A stretch of 64,000 nucleotides of DNA from Macrostomum lignano (taxonomy: Eukaryota), in assembly GCA_002269645.1 (NCBI GenBank), contig NIVC01003354.1, forward strand, positions 38,634-102,633. The letters are read 5' to 3'. A model generated the notes under the pieces. The model ran no database searches. It was not told the DNA's origin and saw only the letters and a program-made list of their open reading frames with translations. The position numbers and the translations under genes were made by a program. Positions 36,801-50,608 of the stretch are shown here, one piece after another. The stretch's first letter is position 1, and each line of letters starts with the position of its first letter.

Positions 36801-39800
36801 AAAGACACCTGGATTGTTGCAATTCAACTCCAATTAAGACACCTGGATTGTTGCATTTCAACTCGAATTAAGACACGTGGATTGTTGCATTTCAACTTCA
36901 ATTAAGACACGTGGATTGTTGCAATTCAACTCCAATTAAGACACCTGGATTGTTGCAATTCAACTCCAATTAAGACACCTGGATTGTTGCAATTCAACTC
37001 CAATTAAGACACGTGGATTGTTGCAATTCAACTCCAATTAAGACTCGTGGATTGTTGCATTTCAACTCCAATTAAGACACCTGGATTGTTGCAATTCAAC
37101 TCGAATTAAGACACCTGGATTGTTGCAATTCAACTCGAATTAAGACACCTGGATTGTTGCAATTCAACTCCAATTAAGACACCTGGATTGTTGCAATTCA
37201 ACTCCAATAAGACTCCTGGATTGTTGCAATTCAACTCCAATTAAGACACCTGGATTGTTGCAATTCAACTCCAATTAAGACACGTGGATTGTTGCATTTC
37301 AACTCAATTAAGACACGTGGATTGTTGCAATTCAACTCCAATTAAGACACCTGGATTGTTGCAATTCAACTCCAATTAAGACACGTGGATTGTTGCATTT
37401 CAACTTCAATTAAGACACCTGGATTGTTGCAATTCAACTTCAATTAAGACACGTGGATTGTTGCAATTCAACTCCAATTAAGACACCTGGATTGTTGCAA
37501 TTCAACTCCAATTAAGACACGTGGATTGTTGCATTTCAACTCCAATTAAGACACGTGGATTGTTGCAATTCAACTCCAAATAAGACACCTGGATTGTTGC
37601 AATTTAACTCCAATTAAGACACCTGGATAGTTGCAATTCAACTCCAATTAAGACACGTGGATTGTTGCATTTCAACTTCAATTAAGACACGTGGATTGTT
37701 GCAATTCAACTCCAATTAAGACACGTGGATTGTTGCAATTCAACTCCAAAAAGGACACCTGGATTGTTGCATTTCAACTCCAATTAAGACACCTGGATTG
37801 TTGCAATTCAACTCCAATTAAGACACCTGGATTGTTGCAATTCAACTCCAATTAAGACACGTGGATTGTTGCAATTCAACTCCAATTAAGACACGTGGAT
37901 TGTTGCATTTCAACTCCAATTAAGACACGTGGATTGTTGCATTTCAACTCCAATTAAGACACGTGGATTGTTGCATTTCAACTCCAATTAAGACACGTGG
38001 ATTGTTGCAATTCAACTCCAATTAAGACACCTGGATTGTTGCATTTCAACTTCAATTAAGACACGTGGATTGTTGCATTTCAACTTCAATTAAGACACGT
38101 GGATTGTTGCAATTCAACTCCAATTAAGACACCTGGATTGTTGCAATTCAACTCCAATTAAGACACGTGGATTGTTGCATTTCAACTCCAATTAAGACAC
38201 GTGGATTGTTGCAATTCAACTCCAAATAAGACACGTGGATTGTTACAATTCAACTCTAATTAAGACACCTGGATTGTTGCAATTCAACTTCAATTAAGAC
38301 ACGTGGATTGTTGCAATTCAACTCTAATTAAGACACCTGGATTGTTGCATTTCAACTCCAATTAAGACACGTGGATTGTTGCAATTCAACTCCAAATAAG
38401 ACACCTGGATTGTTGCATTTACACTCCAATTAAGACACCTGGATTTTTGCAATTCAACTCCAATTAAGACACCTGGATTGTTGCAATTCAACTCCAATTA
38501 AGACACCTGGATTGTTGCATTTCAACTCCAATTAAGACACGTGGATTGTTGCATTTCAACTCCAATTAAGACACGTGGATTGTTGCATTTCAACTCCAAT
38601 TAAGACACGTGGATTGTTGCAATTCAACTCCAATTAAGACACCTGGATTGTTGCAATTCAACTCTAATTAAGACACCTGGATTGTTGCATTTCAACTCCA
38701 ATTAAGACACGTGGATTGTTGCAATTCAACTCCAAATAAGACACCTGGATTGTTGCATTTCAACTCCAATTAAGACACGTGGATTGTTGCAATTCAACTC
38801 CAAATAAGACACGTGGATTGTTGCATTTCAACTCCAATTAAGACACCTGGATTGTTGCAATTCAACTCCAATTAAGACACCTGGATTGTTGCAATTCAAC
38901 TCAAATAAGACACCTGGATTGTTGCATTTCAACTCCAAAAGACACGTGGATTGTTGCAATTCAACTCCAAAAGACACCTGGATTGTTGCATTTCAACTCC
39001 AATTAAGACACCTGGATTGTTGCAATTCAACTCCAGGACACCTGGATTGTTGCAATTCAACTCCAATTGACACCTGGATTGTTGCAATTCAACTCCAATT
39101 AAGACACCTGGATTGTTGCAATTCAACTCCAATTAAGACACGTGGATTGTTGCAATTCAACTCCAATTAAGACACCTGGATTGTTGCAATTCAACTCCAA
39201 TTAAGACACGTGGATTGTTGCATTTCAACTCCAATTAAGACACCTGGATTGTTGCATTTCAACTCCAATTAAGACACCTGGATTGTTGCAATTCAACTCC
39301 AATTAAGACACCTGGATTGTTGCAATTCAACTCCAATTAAGACACGTGGATTGTTGCAATTCAACTCCAATTAAGACACGTGGATTGTTGCAATTCAACT
39401 CCAATTAAGACACCTGGATTGTTGCAATTCAACTCCAAATAAGACACGTGGATTGTTGCATTTCAACTTCAATTAAGACACGTGGATTGTTGCATTTCAA
39501 CTTCAATTAAGACACGTGGATTGTTGCAATTCAACTCCAATTAAGACACCTGGATTGTTGCAATTCAACTCCAATTAAGACACGTGGATTGTTGCATTTC
39601 AACTCCAATTAAGACACGTGGATTGTTGCAATTCAACTCCAATTAAGACACCTGGATTGTTGCAATTCAACTCCAATTAAGACACCTGGATTGTTGCAAT
39701 TCAACTCCAATTAAGACACGTGGATTGTTGCATTTCAACTCCAATTAAGACACGTGGATTGTTGCAATTCAACTCCAAAAGACACCTGGATTGTTGCATT

Positions 39801-42800
39801 CAACTCCAATTAAGACACGTGGATTGTTGCAATTCAACTCCAATTAAGACACCTGGATTGTTGCAATTCAACTCCAATTAAGACACCTGGATTGTTGCAT
39901 TTCAACTCCAATTAAGACACGTGGATTGTTGCAATTCAACTCCAATAAGACACCTGGATTGTTGCATTTCAACTCCAATTAAGACACGTGGATTGTTGCA
40001 ATTCAACTCCAATAAGACACGTGGATTGTTGCATTTCAACTCCAATTAAGACACCTGGATTGTTGCAATTCAACTCCAATTAAGACACCTGGATTGTTGC
40101 ATTTCAACTCAATTAAGACACGTGGATTGTTGCATTTCAACTCAATTAAGACACGTGGATTGTTGCAATTCAACTCCAATTAAGACACCTGGATTGTTGC
40201 AATTCAACTCCAATTAAGACACGTGGATTGTTGCATTTCAACTCCAATTAAGACACGTGGATTGTTGCAATTCAACTCCAATAAGACACCTGGATTGTTG
40301 CAATTCAACTCTAATTAAGACACCTGGATTGTTGCAATTCAACTCCAATTAAGACACGTGGATTGTTGCAATTCAACTCCAAATAAGACACCTGGATTGT
40401 TGCATTTCAACTCCAATTAAGACACGTGGATTGTTGCAATTCAACTCCAATTAAGACACCTGGATTGTTGCATTTCAACTCCAATTAAGACACCTGGATT
40501 TTTGCAATTCAACTCCAATTAAGACACCTGGATTGTTGCAATTCAACTCCAATTAAGACACCTGGATTGTTGCATTTCAACTCCAATTAAGACACGTGGA
40601 TTGTTGCATTTCAACTCCAATTAAGACACGTGGATTGTTGCATTTCAACTCCAATTAAGACACGTGGATTGTTGCAATTCAACTCCAATTAAGACACGTG
40701 GATTGTTGCATTCAACTCAATTAAGACACGTGGATTGTTGCAATTCAACTCCAATTAAGACACGTGGATTGTTGCAATTCAACTCCAATTAAGACACCTG
40801 GATTGTTGCATTTCAACTCCAATTAAGACACTGGATTGTTGCAATTCAACTCCAATTAAGACACCTGGATTGTTGCATTTCAACTCCAATTAAGACACCT
40901 GGATTGTTGCATTTCAACTTCAATTAAGACACGTGGATTGTTGCAATTCAACTCAATTAAGACACCTGGATTGTTGCAATTCAACTCCAATTAAGACACG
41001 TGGATTGTTGCAATTCAACTCCAATTAAGACACGTGGATTGTTGCAATTCAACTCCAATTAAGACACCTGGATTGTTGCAATTCAACTCCAATTAAGACA
41101 CCTGGATTGTTGCATTTCAACTCCAATTAAGACACGTGGATTGTTGCATTCAACTCCAATTAAGACACGTGGATTGTTGCAATTCAACTCCAATTAAGAC
41201 ACCTGGATTGTTGCAATTCAACTCCAATTAAGACACCTGGATTGTTGCAATTTCAACTCCAATTAAGACACGTGGATTGTTGCATTTCAACTCCAATTAA
41301 GACACCTGGATTGTTGCAATTCAACTCCAATTAAGACACGTGGATTGTTGCAATTTCAACTCCAATTAAGACACCTGGATTGTTGCATTCAACTCCAATT
41401 AAGACACCTGGATTGTTGCAATTCAACTCCAATTAAGACACCTGGATTGTTGCAATTCAACTCCAATAAGACACCTGGATTGTTGCAATTCAACTCCAAA
41501 AAGACACCTGGATTGTTGCAATTCAACTCCAATTAAGACACCTGGATTGTTGCAATTCAACTCCAATTAAGACACCTGGATTGTTGCAATTCAACTCCAA
41601 TTAAGACACCTGGATTGTTGCAATTCAACTCCAATTAAGACACCTGGATTGTTGCAATTCAACTCCAATTAAGACACGTGGATTGTTGCATTTCAACTCA
41701 ATTAAGACACGTGGATTGTTGCAATTCAACTCCAATTAAGACACCTGGATTGTTGCAATTCAACTCCAATTAAGACACCTGGATTGTTGCAATTCAACTC
41801 CAATTAAGACACCTGGATTGTTGCAATTCAACTCCAATTAAGACACGTGGATTGTTGCATTCAACTCCAATTAAGACACCTGGATTGTTGCAATTCAACT
41901 CCAATTAAGACACCTGGATTGTTGCAATTCAACTCGAATTAAGACACCTGGATTGTTGCAATTCAACTCCAATTAAGACACCTGGATTGTTGCAATTCAA
42001 CTCCAATTAAGACACCTGGATTGTTGCAATTCAACTCCAATTAAGACACCTGGATTGTTGCAATTCAACTCCAATTAAGACACGTGGATTGTTGCATTCA
42101 ACTCCAATTAAGACACGTGGATTGTTGCAATTCAACTCCAATTAAGACACGTGGATTGTTGCAATTCAACTCCAATTAAGACACGTGGATTGTTGCAATT
42201 CAACTCCAATTAAGACACCTGGATTGTTGCAATTCAACTCAATTAAGACACGTGGATTGTTGCAATTCAACTCCAATTAAGACACCTGGATTGTTGCAAT
42301 TCAACTCCAATTAAGACACCTGGATTGTTGCATTTCAACTCCAATTAAGACACGTGGATTGTTGCAATTCAACTCCAATTAAGACACCTGGATTGTTGCA
42401 ATTTCAACTCCAATTAAGACACCTGGATTGTTGCAATTCAACTCCAATTAAGACACCTGGATTGTTGCATTTCAACTCCAATTAAGACACCTGGATTGTT
42501 GCAATTCAACTCCAATTAAGACACCTGGATTGTTGCAATTCAACTCCAATTAAGACACGTGGATTGTTGCAATTCAACTCCAATTAAGACACGTGGATTG
42601 TTGCATTTCAACTCCAATTAAGACACGTGGATTGTTGCATTTCAACTCCAATTAAGACACGTGGATTGTTGCAATTCAACTCCAATTAAGACACCTGGAT
42701 TGTTGCAATTCAACTCCAATTAAGACACGTGGATTGTTGCATTCAACTCCAATTAAGACACGTGGATTGTTGCAATTCAACTCCAAATAAGACACCTGGA

Positions 42801-43975
42801 TTGTTGCAATTTAACTCCAATTAAGACACCTGGATTGTTGCAATTCAACTCCAAAAAGGACACCTGGATTGTTGCATTTCAACTCCAATTAAGACACCTG
42901 GATTGTTGCAATTCAACTCCAATTAAGACACCTGGATTGTTGCAATTCAACTCCAATTAAGACACGTGGATTGTTGCAATTCAACTCCAATTAAGACACG
43001 TGGATTGTTGCATTTCAACTCCAATTAAGACACGTGGATTGTTGCATTTCAACTCCAATTAAGACACGTGGATTGTTGCATTTCAACTCCAATTAAGACA
43101 CGTGGATTGTTGCATTTCAACTCCAATTAAGACACATGGATTGTTGCATTTCAACTCAATTAAGACACGTGGATTGTTGCATTTCAACTCAATTAAGACA
43201 CGTGGATTGTTGCAATTCAACTCCAATTAAGACACCTGGATTGTTGCAATTCAACTCCAATTAAGACACGTGGATTGTTGCAATTTCAACTCCAATTAAG
43301 ACACGTGGATTGTTGCAATTCAACTCCAATTAAGACACCTGGATTGTTGCAATTCAACTCCAATTAAGACACCTGGATTGTTGCAATTCAACTCCAATTA
43401 AGACACGTGGATTGTTGCAATTCAACTCCAATAAGACACCTGGATTGTTGCATTTCAACTCCAATTAAGACACGTGGATTGTTGCATTCAACTCCAAATT
43501 AAGACACCTGGATTGTTGCATTTCAACTCCAATTAAGACACCTGGATTTTTGCAATTCAACTCCAATTAAGACACCTGGATTGTTGCAATTCAACTCCAA
43601 TTAAGACACCTGGATTGTTGCATTTCAACTCCAATTAAGACACGTGGATTGTTGCATTTCAACTCCAATTAAGACACGTGGATTGTTGCATTTCAACTCC
43701 AATTAAGACACGTGGATTGTTGCAATTCAACTCCAATTAAGACACGTGGATTGTTGCATTTCAACTTCAATTAAGACACGTGGATTGTTGCAATTCAACT
43801 CCAATTAAGACACGTGGATTGTTGCAATTCAACTCCAATTAAGACACCTGGATTGTTGCAATTCAACTCCAAATAAGACACCTGGATTGTTGCAATTCAA
43901 CTCCAATTAAGACACCTGGATTGTTGCAATTCAACTCCAATTAAGACACGTGGATTGTTGCATTTCAACTTCAAT
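33828..43975. repeat. Large satellite array, 34-bp monomer (ggattgttgcaattcaactccaattaagacacct), roughly 300 copies, degenerate left edge
   Basis: Continuous head-to-tail monomers with no spacers. Recurrent variants cct/cgt and gcaatt/gcattt. Diverged monomers at 33828-34190. Confidence 0.99.
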
Positions 43976-44892
43976 TAAGTTGGTAAAATCTCAACGGCAC
44001 ATCGTGAACATAAATCTACGTTGTATTAGACTTTTAAAACGCAAAAAAGAATTGCAAATTACGTTTAAATGCCACAGTCAGCACATTTACTACATAGCCA
44101 GTTCTTTTTTATGCGACGGACAATGCAACACTTGGCTATGCTGGCAGAGCTGCAGAAGTCTTTGCAGCACTTGGCAATTATGCCGGTTGCGCTTTCTTCG
44201 CACACCTGGCTAGAAGAAACGCAATGTGCAGGCGGATCCAGAATGCCAGTATATACGTGTAACGCAAGAACCCTCACCCCCCAGACGTAGTCATAAGTGC
44301 CCGCGGTTCCGCTGGATTGTTTGACTGAACACCGGTAACCCTTCTTCGCTATGCCTAAGGCTCTCCTATGCGTCTGCGTGGGGCCGCCGGCCAGCCAATT
44401 CATCAAGGGGGTCTGATAGCCCATTTTGGAAGTGATTTACCAGGCCGCGGCCGCACCCACACGCAGGGCCAATCGCATTTTCTGCTCCAGCCAAGTCGAG
44501 GGTAAATGCCGCCGGTTGAAATGCTTTTGGCAGGCAAGCCCGAAAGAGGTTGGGAATGAGGATTTTATGAAGGGGAAGAAGGTACCCGAGCGGCGCGGGA
44601 AGCCGGGGTCACAAAAATAAAATTGCTGCTGCGACTGAAAACTGTGCACAGCGCCCGAGTAGGCCAACTATGGGGGCGCGAATATCAATTTTTTTCGAGC
44701 GAACTTTTTTTCCGCCTGGCGATGTACTTTTTGCATGCGGTGGCCAAAGCTTTGCTCAGTTTCGTTGATGAAGGCTGATTATAAATCTAATATTTGTCCA
44801 GTCTAGGAGGTTTATATTGTTAACTTACAAAGTAAATTGGTCGAAATTGGAAACCAGTGGCAAAGTATAAGTGAAAAAAACTGTGTAGAGCC

Positions 44893-45370
44893 ATGGGAAG
44901 CAAGTGAGAAGCAGTGGGAAGCAAGTGAAAAGCAGTGGGAAGCAAGTGGGAAGCAGTGGGAAGCAAGTGGGAAGCAGTGAGAAGCTAGTGGAAAGCAAGT
45001 GGGAAGCAGTGGGAAGCAAGTGGGAAGCAGTAAGAAGCAAGTGGAAAGCAAGTGGGAAGCAGTGGGAAGCAGTGGGGAAGCAGTGGGAAGCAAGTGGGAA
45101 GCAAGTGGGCAGCAAGTGGGGAAGCAGTGGGGAAGCAAGTGGGAAGCAAGTGGGAAGCAGAGAGAAGCAAGTGGAAAGCAAGTGGGAAGCAGTGGAAAGC
45201 AAGTGGGAAGCAAGTGGAAAGCAAGTGGGAAGCAGTAAGAAGCAAGTGGAAAGCAAGTGGGAAGCAAGTGGGAAGCAGTAAGAAGCAAGTGGAAAGCAAG
45301 TGGGAAGCAGTGGGGAAGCAAGTGGGAAGCAGTGGGGAAGCAGTGGGGAAGCAGTGAGGAAGCAGTTAGA
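44893..45370. repeat. Purine-rich 10-11 bp minisatellite (gggaagca(a)gt)
   Basis: Direct inspection. Confidence 0.95.
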
Positions 45371-46744
45371 AGCCACTCACTAATTGCTCAATTAAAGATA
45401 GCTCTCCAAATATCTGGACAAGTATGAATATTCATTCATTCAGTAAAATATGGATCATCTTTTAGAGTATTGACCACTTTGACTGCTGAAGGAACAATTT
45501 TATTTACGATTTAGTCCACCTCTTAATATGGCACCTTTATTCCCTAATTCGGCGCCACTATATCTCTCGATTTGGCGCCCTATCTGCCTATTTTACGCTG
45601 TATTTAGCGCCCTATCCGCTGATTTCTGACGCTACCGAGCCCACTAGAAATCTGACGACCTACCAGGGCGCCAAGTTTATCGCCCATCGCACCGGAGCCA
45701 CCAAATTGCAGAGGCTCGGTCAGGCTGAGACTGGTCAGCCATCCCGGATGCGTCATTGCCTTTATTGCAAGAGTGATAAGGATCCTGTATCCATCTACAA
45801 GATTCATCCGGCTCACTAAACTTATCTGGGCAGTCAATCGTACAATTCCGCCCGGTTTTTTTAGTCATAAAGCCGCTTCTTACCTATGCAGAATAAGCGC
45901 CAGTTCAGAGCGGAAAGTCAACCTTCTTAAGAGTTTTCCAGAACTTCATCGTTTAGCCCAGACCTCCGCTGGCTCCGGCCTGGCTGCCTGCCTGTCTGGG
46001 ATTTATTGACAGACAGAGGGGGAGGCCAAGAGCAATTGAATTTTGAAAAGCGACCGACCGTCCAGCCTGGGCCAGTTGATGGCTGGCACCACACCGCCTC
46101 GATCGGCGCAGCCTCCCCAGCGGACAGACAGCAGGCAGGTCAGAGCGGAAGCGGCGGGGACAATGCAATGAATTCTGGGCCGACTGATTGCGGCAGTTGC
46201 TCAGCGGCACGCGGCTCGGGCGATCACGAAAGGCCTAAAAAGCCCCATTCATAATTCTTATATCCAGACTCCTCCAAAAAACCTATTTTAAAGTCGCTGC
46301 CACATAAGCTTTAAAAAGTCGAAGCGAATTCAATGGCGCCAAGCAAAAAAGGTAAGACACGCGGTTAATAGTTATATGTGTTGTCTTTTTTATTACTAAA
46401 GTTATGACAGTATACAATTATAGCTTGGGCTTACCAAGGGCTTCTGCATTCGTGGCTTAGATACATTTGGTACTTTTCATGAAGCTATGCGCGTGCAAAC
46501 CAGTCAATCGACAAAAGACAAAAAAGAGTGATGTGTTCGTGTAAAAATGCTCATTTCACTAGAAAATTGTCATTTGAGACTGCGTTTGCACGTACTGAAC
46601 ATTTTGTTTATTGTTGCAATAAAAATTTCAAGTGGCTGTTTCTCATTGGAGTTAAAAATTATTATCCAAAAATCGATATTAATCACATCTAACTTTGTGC
46701 TTGAGCAGCAGTTTATGATCCGTTCTTTCCTCCAGTCAGCCAAT

Positions 46745-47020
46745 TAAATAGCAGCACAGCTTCACTCTCTTACCACTTCGATTGCCAGCCAGCCAATCAG
46801 ACAGGGCACAGCTTCACTCTCTTACCACTTCGATTGCCAGCCAGCCAATCAGACAGGGCACAGCTTCACTCTCTTACCACTTCGATTGCCAGTCAGCCAA
46901 TCAGACAGGGCACAGCTTCACTCTCTGCCCCTTCGGTCCCCAGCCAGCCAATCAGACAGGGGCACAGCTTCACTCTCTGTCCCTTTGGTTCCCAGCCAGC
47001 CAATCAGACAGGACACAGCT
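46745..47020. repeat. ~50-bp tandem repeat containing cagccaatcagacagggcacagcttcactct (about 5 copies)
   Basis: Direct inspection; each unit carries a CCAAT box. Confidence 0.9.
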
Positions 47021-47439
47021 TCATCATTCGCCTCATTAAATACACGATCAGGAAAGTTTAATCTGTAAGCACTCAACAAAGAGAATAACTTTCGATATCT
47101 GTTGCAAGTGAACTCGAAGTGAAGGAAATGAACAAAAAAAGGGAAACAGTCACTTGCAGGCAAAATCAAATGACAGTCGGATTTGCAACAATTACAACAC
47201 CAAAAACGGGCTGCCTGCACAGTACGTGTATAGGCGCACTTGTGTGCCGCAAATCAATGCGGGAAGATTTCATTCCATCTTTGCCTTCGGTCTAACGATA
47301 GCGAGTTTGCTTTAGCTAAACGAGTCTGGATTTAACTGCAATTAGCAGCGATGGCTTCAGCGAGGGGAGACGGATACAATTGCGATATTATAGTTGAATT
47401 GAGTCCAAGCCATTCTTGAGCAATTAGCAGCCCTCGAAC

Positions 47440-48253
47440 TCAGGCTGTGAAGTTTGCTGGGATGACGCCCGGATTAACCTCGTTGCCGGACTTAGGGAAG
47501 AAAAAGATGATGGAGAGCATGATGGTGAGAACGTAGATTAGGAAGAACAATCGGTCCAAGACCAGTGCCACGGAGCGCCACTCCTGCACCACCTTATTGA
47601 CCTTCTCCCGGTTCTCGTGCAGCTTCTGAATGTAGCGCAGCGCCTTCACAATGTCCTGCACGTCTTTGGTCAGCATGTTGATGCGCCGCCTCGTGGCCGC
47701 GTCCAGCATCCCGCCTGGGAAGATCAGATCTTCCCCGCTGGGGAATGAGAGCAGCTGGTGCTGCTGGTGCTGGTGCTGGTTGTGTTGATGCTGCACCCTA
47801 CTCTGCTGCCTGTGCAGGCACTGAGCCAGTACATCATCGAACTCTTGAAAACCAGCACCTCCTCCGCCGCCGCCTCCTCCAGATCTCGACGTCCCAGCGG
47901 CATCGTTAACCGGTCGTCGACGATCTGACGGCGATGCCGCCGCCGCCGCCGCCGCCGCCGCCGCGGCCATGGTAGGAGGGCGCGTAGTGCGGCGATGAGT
48001 TGCCGGCGTGTAGCGAATAGCCCGGAGATGTGATGGCGGAGGCTGAGGCTCCAGTTGGCTGCATCGGCAGGTCCTCGTAGCAGCGGGAGCCGCCAGCGTC
48101 CCCGCCGCCGCCGACACCGCGCCGCTGTTGGCGACGATCAGAATTTCCAGCCGGCGTAGAGTTCGCCCTGGACGCCGAGGGCACCAGGCCGGAGGCCGGT
48201 GGCTTCCGGTTGAGGTTGACGAACAGCAGGCGGGAGCCGTGCTGGATGGCGAG
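47440..48253 (-). CDS. Anion-selective-type nAChR alpha subunit, exon 7 of 7 (M3-M4 loop, MA helix, M4, stop); one apparent frameshift
   Basis: Acceptor ctctgcag|CTC (LAIQHGSRLLFVNLNRKP...). The C-terminus is in the +1 frame: DIVKALRYIQKLHENREKVNKVVQEWRSVALVLDRLFFLIYVLTIMLSIIFFFP, with the canonical EW..VA.VLDRLF M4 signature. Confidence 0.9.
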
Positions 48254-48283
48254 CTGCAGAGGTGGCCGGTTGGGACTGTGAGT

Positions 48284-48890
<607 letters not shown>

Positions 48891-49514
48891 CAAATGACAT
48901 GTCAGAGACATAAGCATTACATCTACCCCACTCTCTCTTAAAAAGTCCAATAGCAGACAAGAAAAGCAGAGCCTATTAAGCACACCATCAGAGCTTTACC
49001 CGACTGTTGACCAGGGGTTGGGTGGCTTAGCAACAAGGATGGTATCTGGCCTGAAATTACCCCCCTCCCTCCATAAAACCCAGGAGACGAAAATAGAAAA
49101 GCAAGCAAAGGCAGCAATTGTTGCTCCAGATTTGAATGATCGATCAGAGATGGCCGAACTCACGGATGCCCCGGGAAGGAAGGCCGGCCTGCAGAAGCTG
49201 CGGCAGAGCAAACAGACCGGCATGAAGTCAATGAACTTAGCCAAACTTTCTCCCGATCTCATCAGTTTTGTCTTGTGTTTTCTCTCGCATGTCAATTTTC
49301 ATCGGTTTATCCCGGTGAAAGCCGGGGAGGCCCAGCTCGAGAAGCGGAGGCTGAGGATAAGCTCAGCTTAATCTGTAGCGAAATTGCCGCATTTTTTGTG
49401 TTTCCCTGCGGTTGAATATTCTTATACCAGCTGGAGAAATTAGTCACGACTAAACTGGCGCATTGAAACCGTTTTGAGAAGTGAGCGGATGAGGCTGCTA
49501 AGACTTTTAGGTGA

Positions 49515-50030
49515 TGTGAAATTCTTCAAGCTTGTGAACTTTCGACTTAGTGAATTTTCAAGTGTGTGAACTTTCGACTTAGTGAATTTTCGAGTGTGTG
49601 AACTTTCGAGTTTGTGAACTTTCGAGTATGAGAACTTTCGAGTTTGTGAACTTTCCAGTTTGTGAACTTTCGAGTGTGTGAACTTTCGAGTTTGTGAACT
49701 TTCCAGTTTGTGAACTTTCGAGTGTGTGAACTTTCGAGTTTGTGAACTTTCCAGTTTGTGAACTTTCGAGTTTGTGAACTTTCGAGTATGAGAACTTTCG
49801 AGTTTGTGAACTTTCCAGTTTGTGAACTTTCGAGTGTGTGAACTTTCGAGTGTGTGAACTTTCGAGCTTGTGAACTTTCGAGTGTGTGAATTTTCCAGTT
49901 TGTGAACTTTCGAGCTTGTGAACTTTCGAGTTTGTGAACTTTCGAGTTTGTGAACTTTCGAGTTTGTGAACTTTCGAGTTTGTGGCTTGTGAATTTTTGA
50001 GTTTGTGAATTTTTGAGCTTGTGAATTTTT
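49515..50030. repeat. Intronic minisatellite, 16 bp (gtttgtgaactttcga)
   Basis: About 30 copies. Confidence 0.95.
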
Positions 50031-50253
50031 GAGCGCGTGAAAACTTGTCTTTCGGTGGCATAAAATTTTAAAATTATGAACCGCCCTCAGCTCTGCTTAT
50101 TGATGGACACTGCAAGAAGCATCTTTACATATCGGCTCCACTTCACTGAAAGCCCATCATCATCAGTAAATGAAATTTTGAAGGCTGATTTACACCACAA
50201 TGCCTAGTCGTCCTTTGAATTAAGCAAAAGCCAACTAAACAGCCCGTTCTCAC

Positions 50254-50372
50254 CTTCTTAAGCCAGTAGGGCACCTCCTGCCGGTTGTCGCCGCGGAAGT
50301 GGAAGTTCACCACGATCACGGACAGGAAAGTGGACAGGGTGATGATTCCCATGTTCAAGCAGTAGTACTGGC
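50254..50372 (-). CDS. nAChR exon 6 (M3)
   Basis: actttcag|GC CAG TAC...AAG AAG|gtgaga; 119 nt. Translation GQYYCLNMGIITLSTFLSVIVVNFHFRGDNRQEVPYWLKK. Confidence 0.93.
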
Positions 50373-50391
50373 CTGAAAGTTTTAACCGGAT

Positions 50392-50608
50392 GCATTTGAA
50401 GGCTGCGTACGGCTGTTCAGTCCAAGGACTGGGGGTCGCCACACACACCCTTAATTACTCCATCGCACCCATTTTACAGCTGGGTGAACTGAAGCAATGC
50501 AGAGTTAAGTGTCTTGCTCAAGGACACAAATTGTTCCGACTGGGTCGAGAATCGAGCCTCCGACCTTCCATTCGTGAGACCGACGCTCTAACCACTAGGC
50601 TACAGCCC
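50392..50608 (-). mobile_element. tRNA-derived CORE-like SINE, copy 4 (3'-truncated, abuts the exon 6 acceptor)
   Basis: Same family as copies 1-3. Head on the minus strand: gggctgtagcctagtggttagagcgtcggtctcacgaatggaaggtcggaggctcgattctc. Confidence 0.88.

Noticed and set aside
33828-43975. CRISPR-like appearance of the 34-bp unit (palindromic GTTGCAATTCAAC; reverse strand ends ..ATTGCAAC)
   Set aside because: Monomers are head-to-tail with no unique spacers, there are no cas genes and the context is eukaryotic. It is a satellite.
44065-44424. Cys-rich 119-aa ORF next to the satellite end (possible transposon zinc finger)
   Set aside because: Cys spacing did not match a family I can name, and there is no splice or terminal-repeat support.
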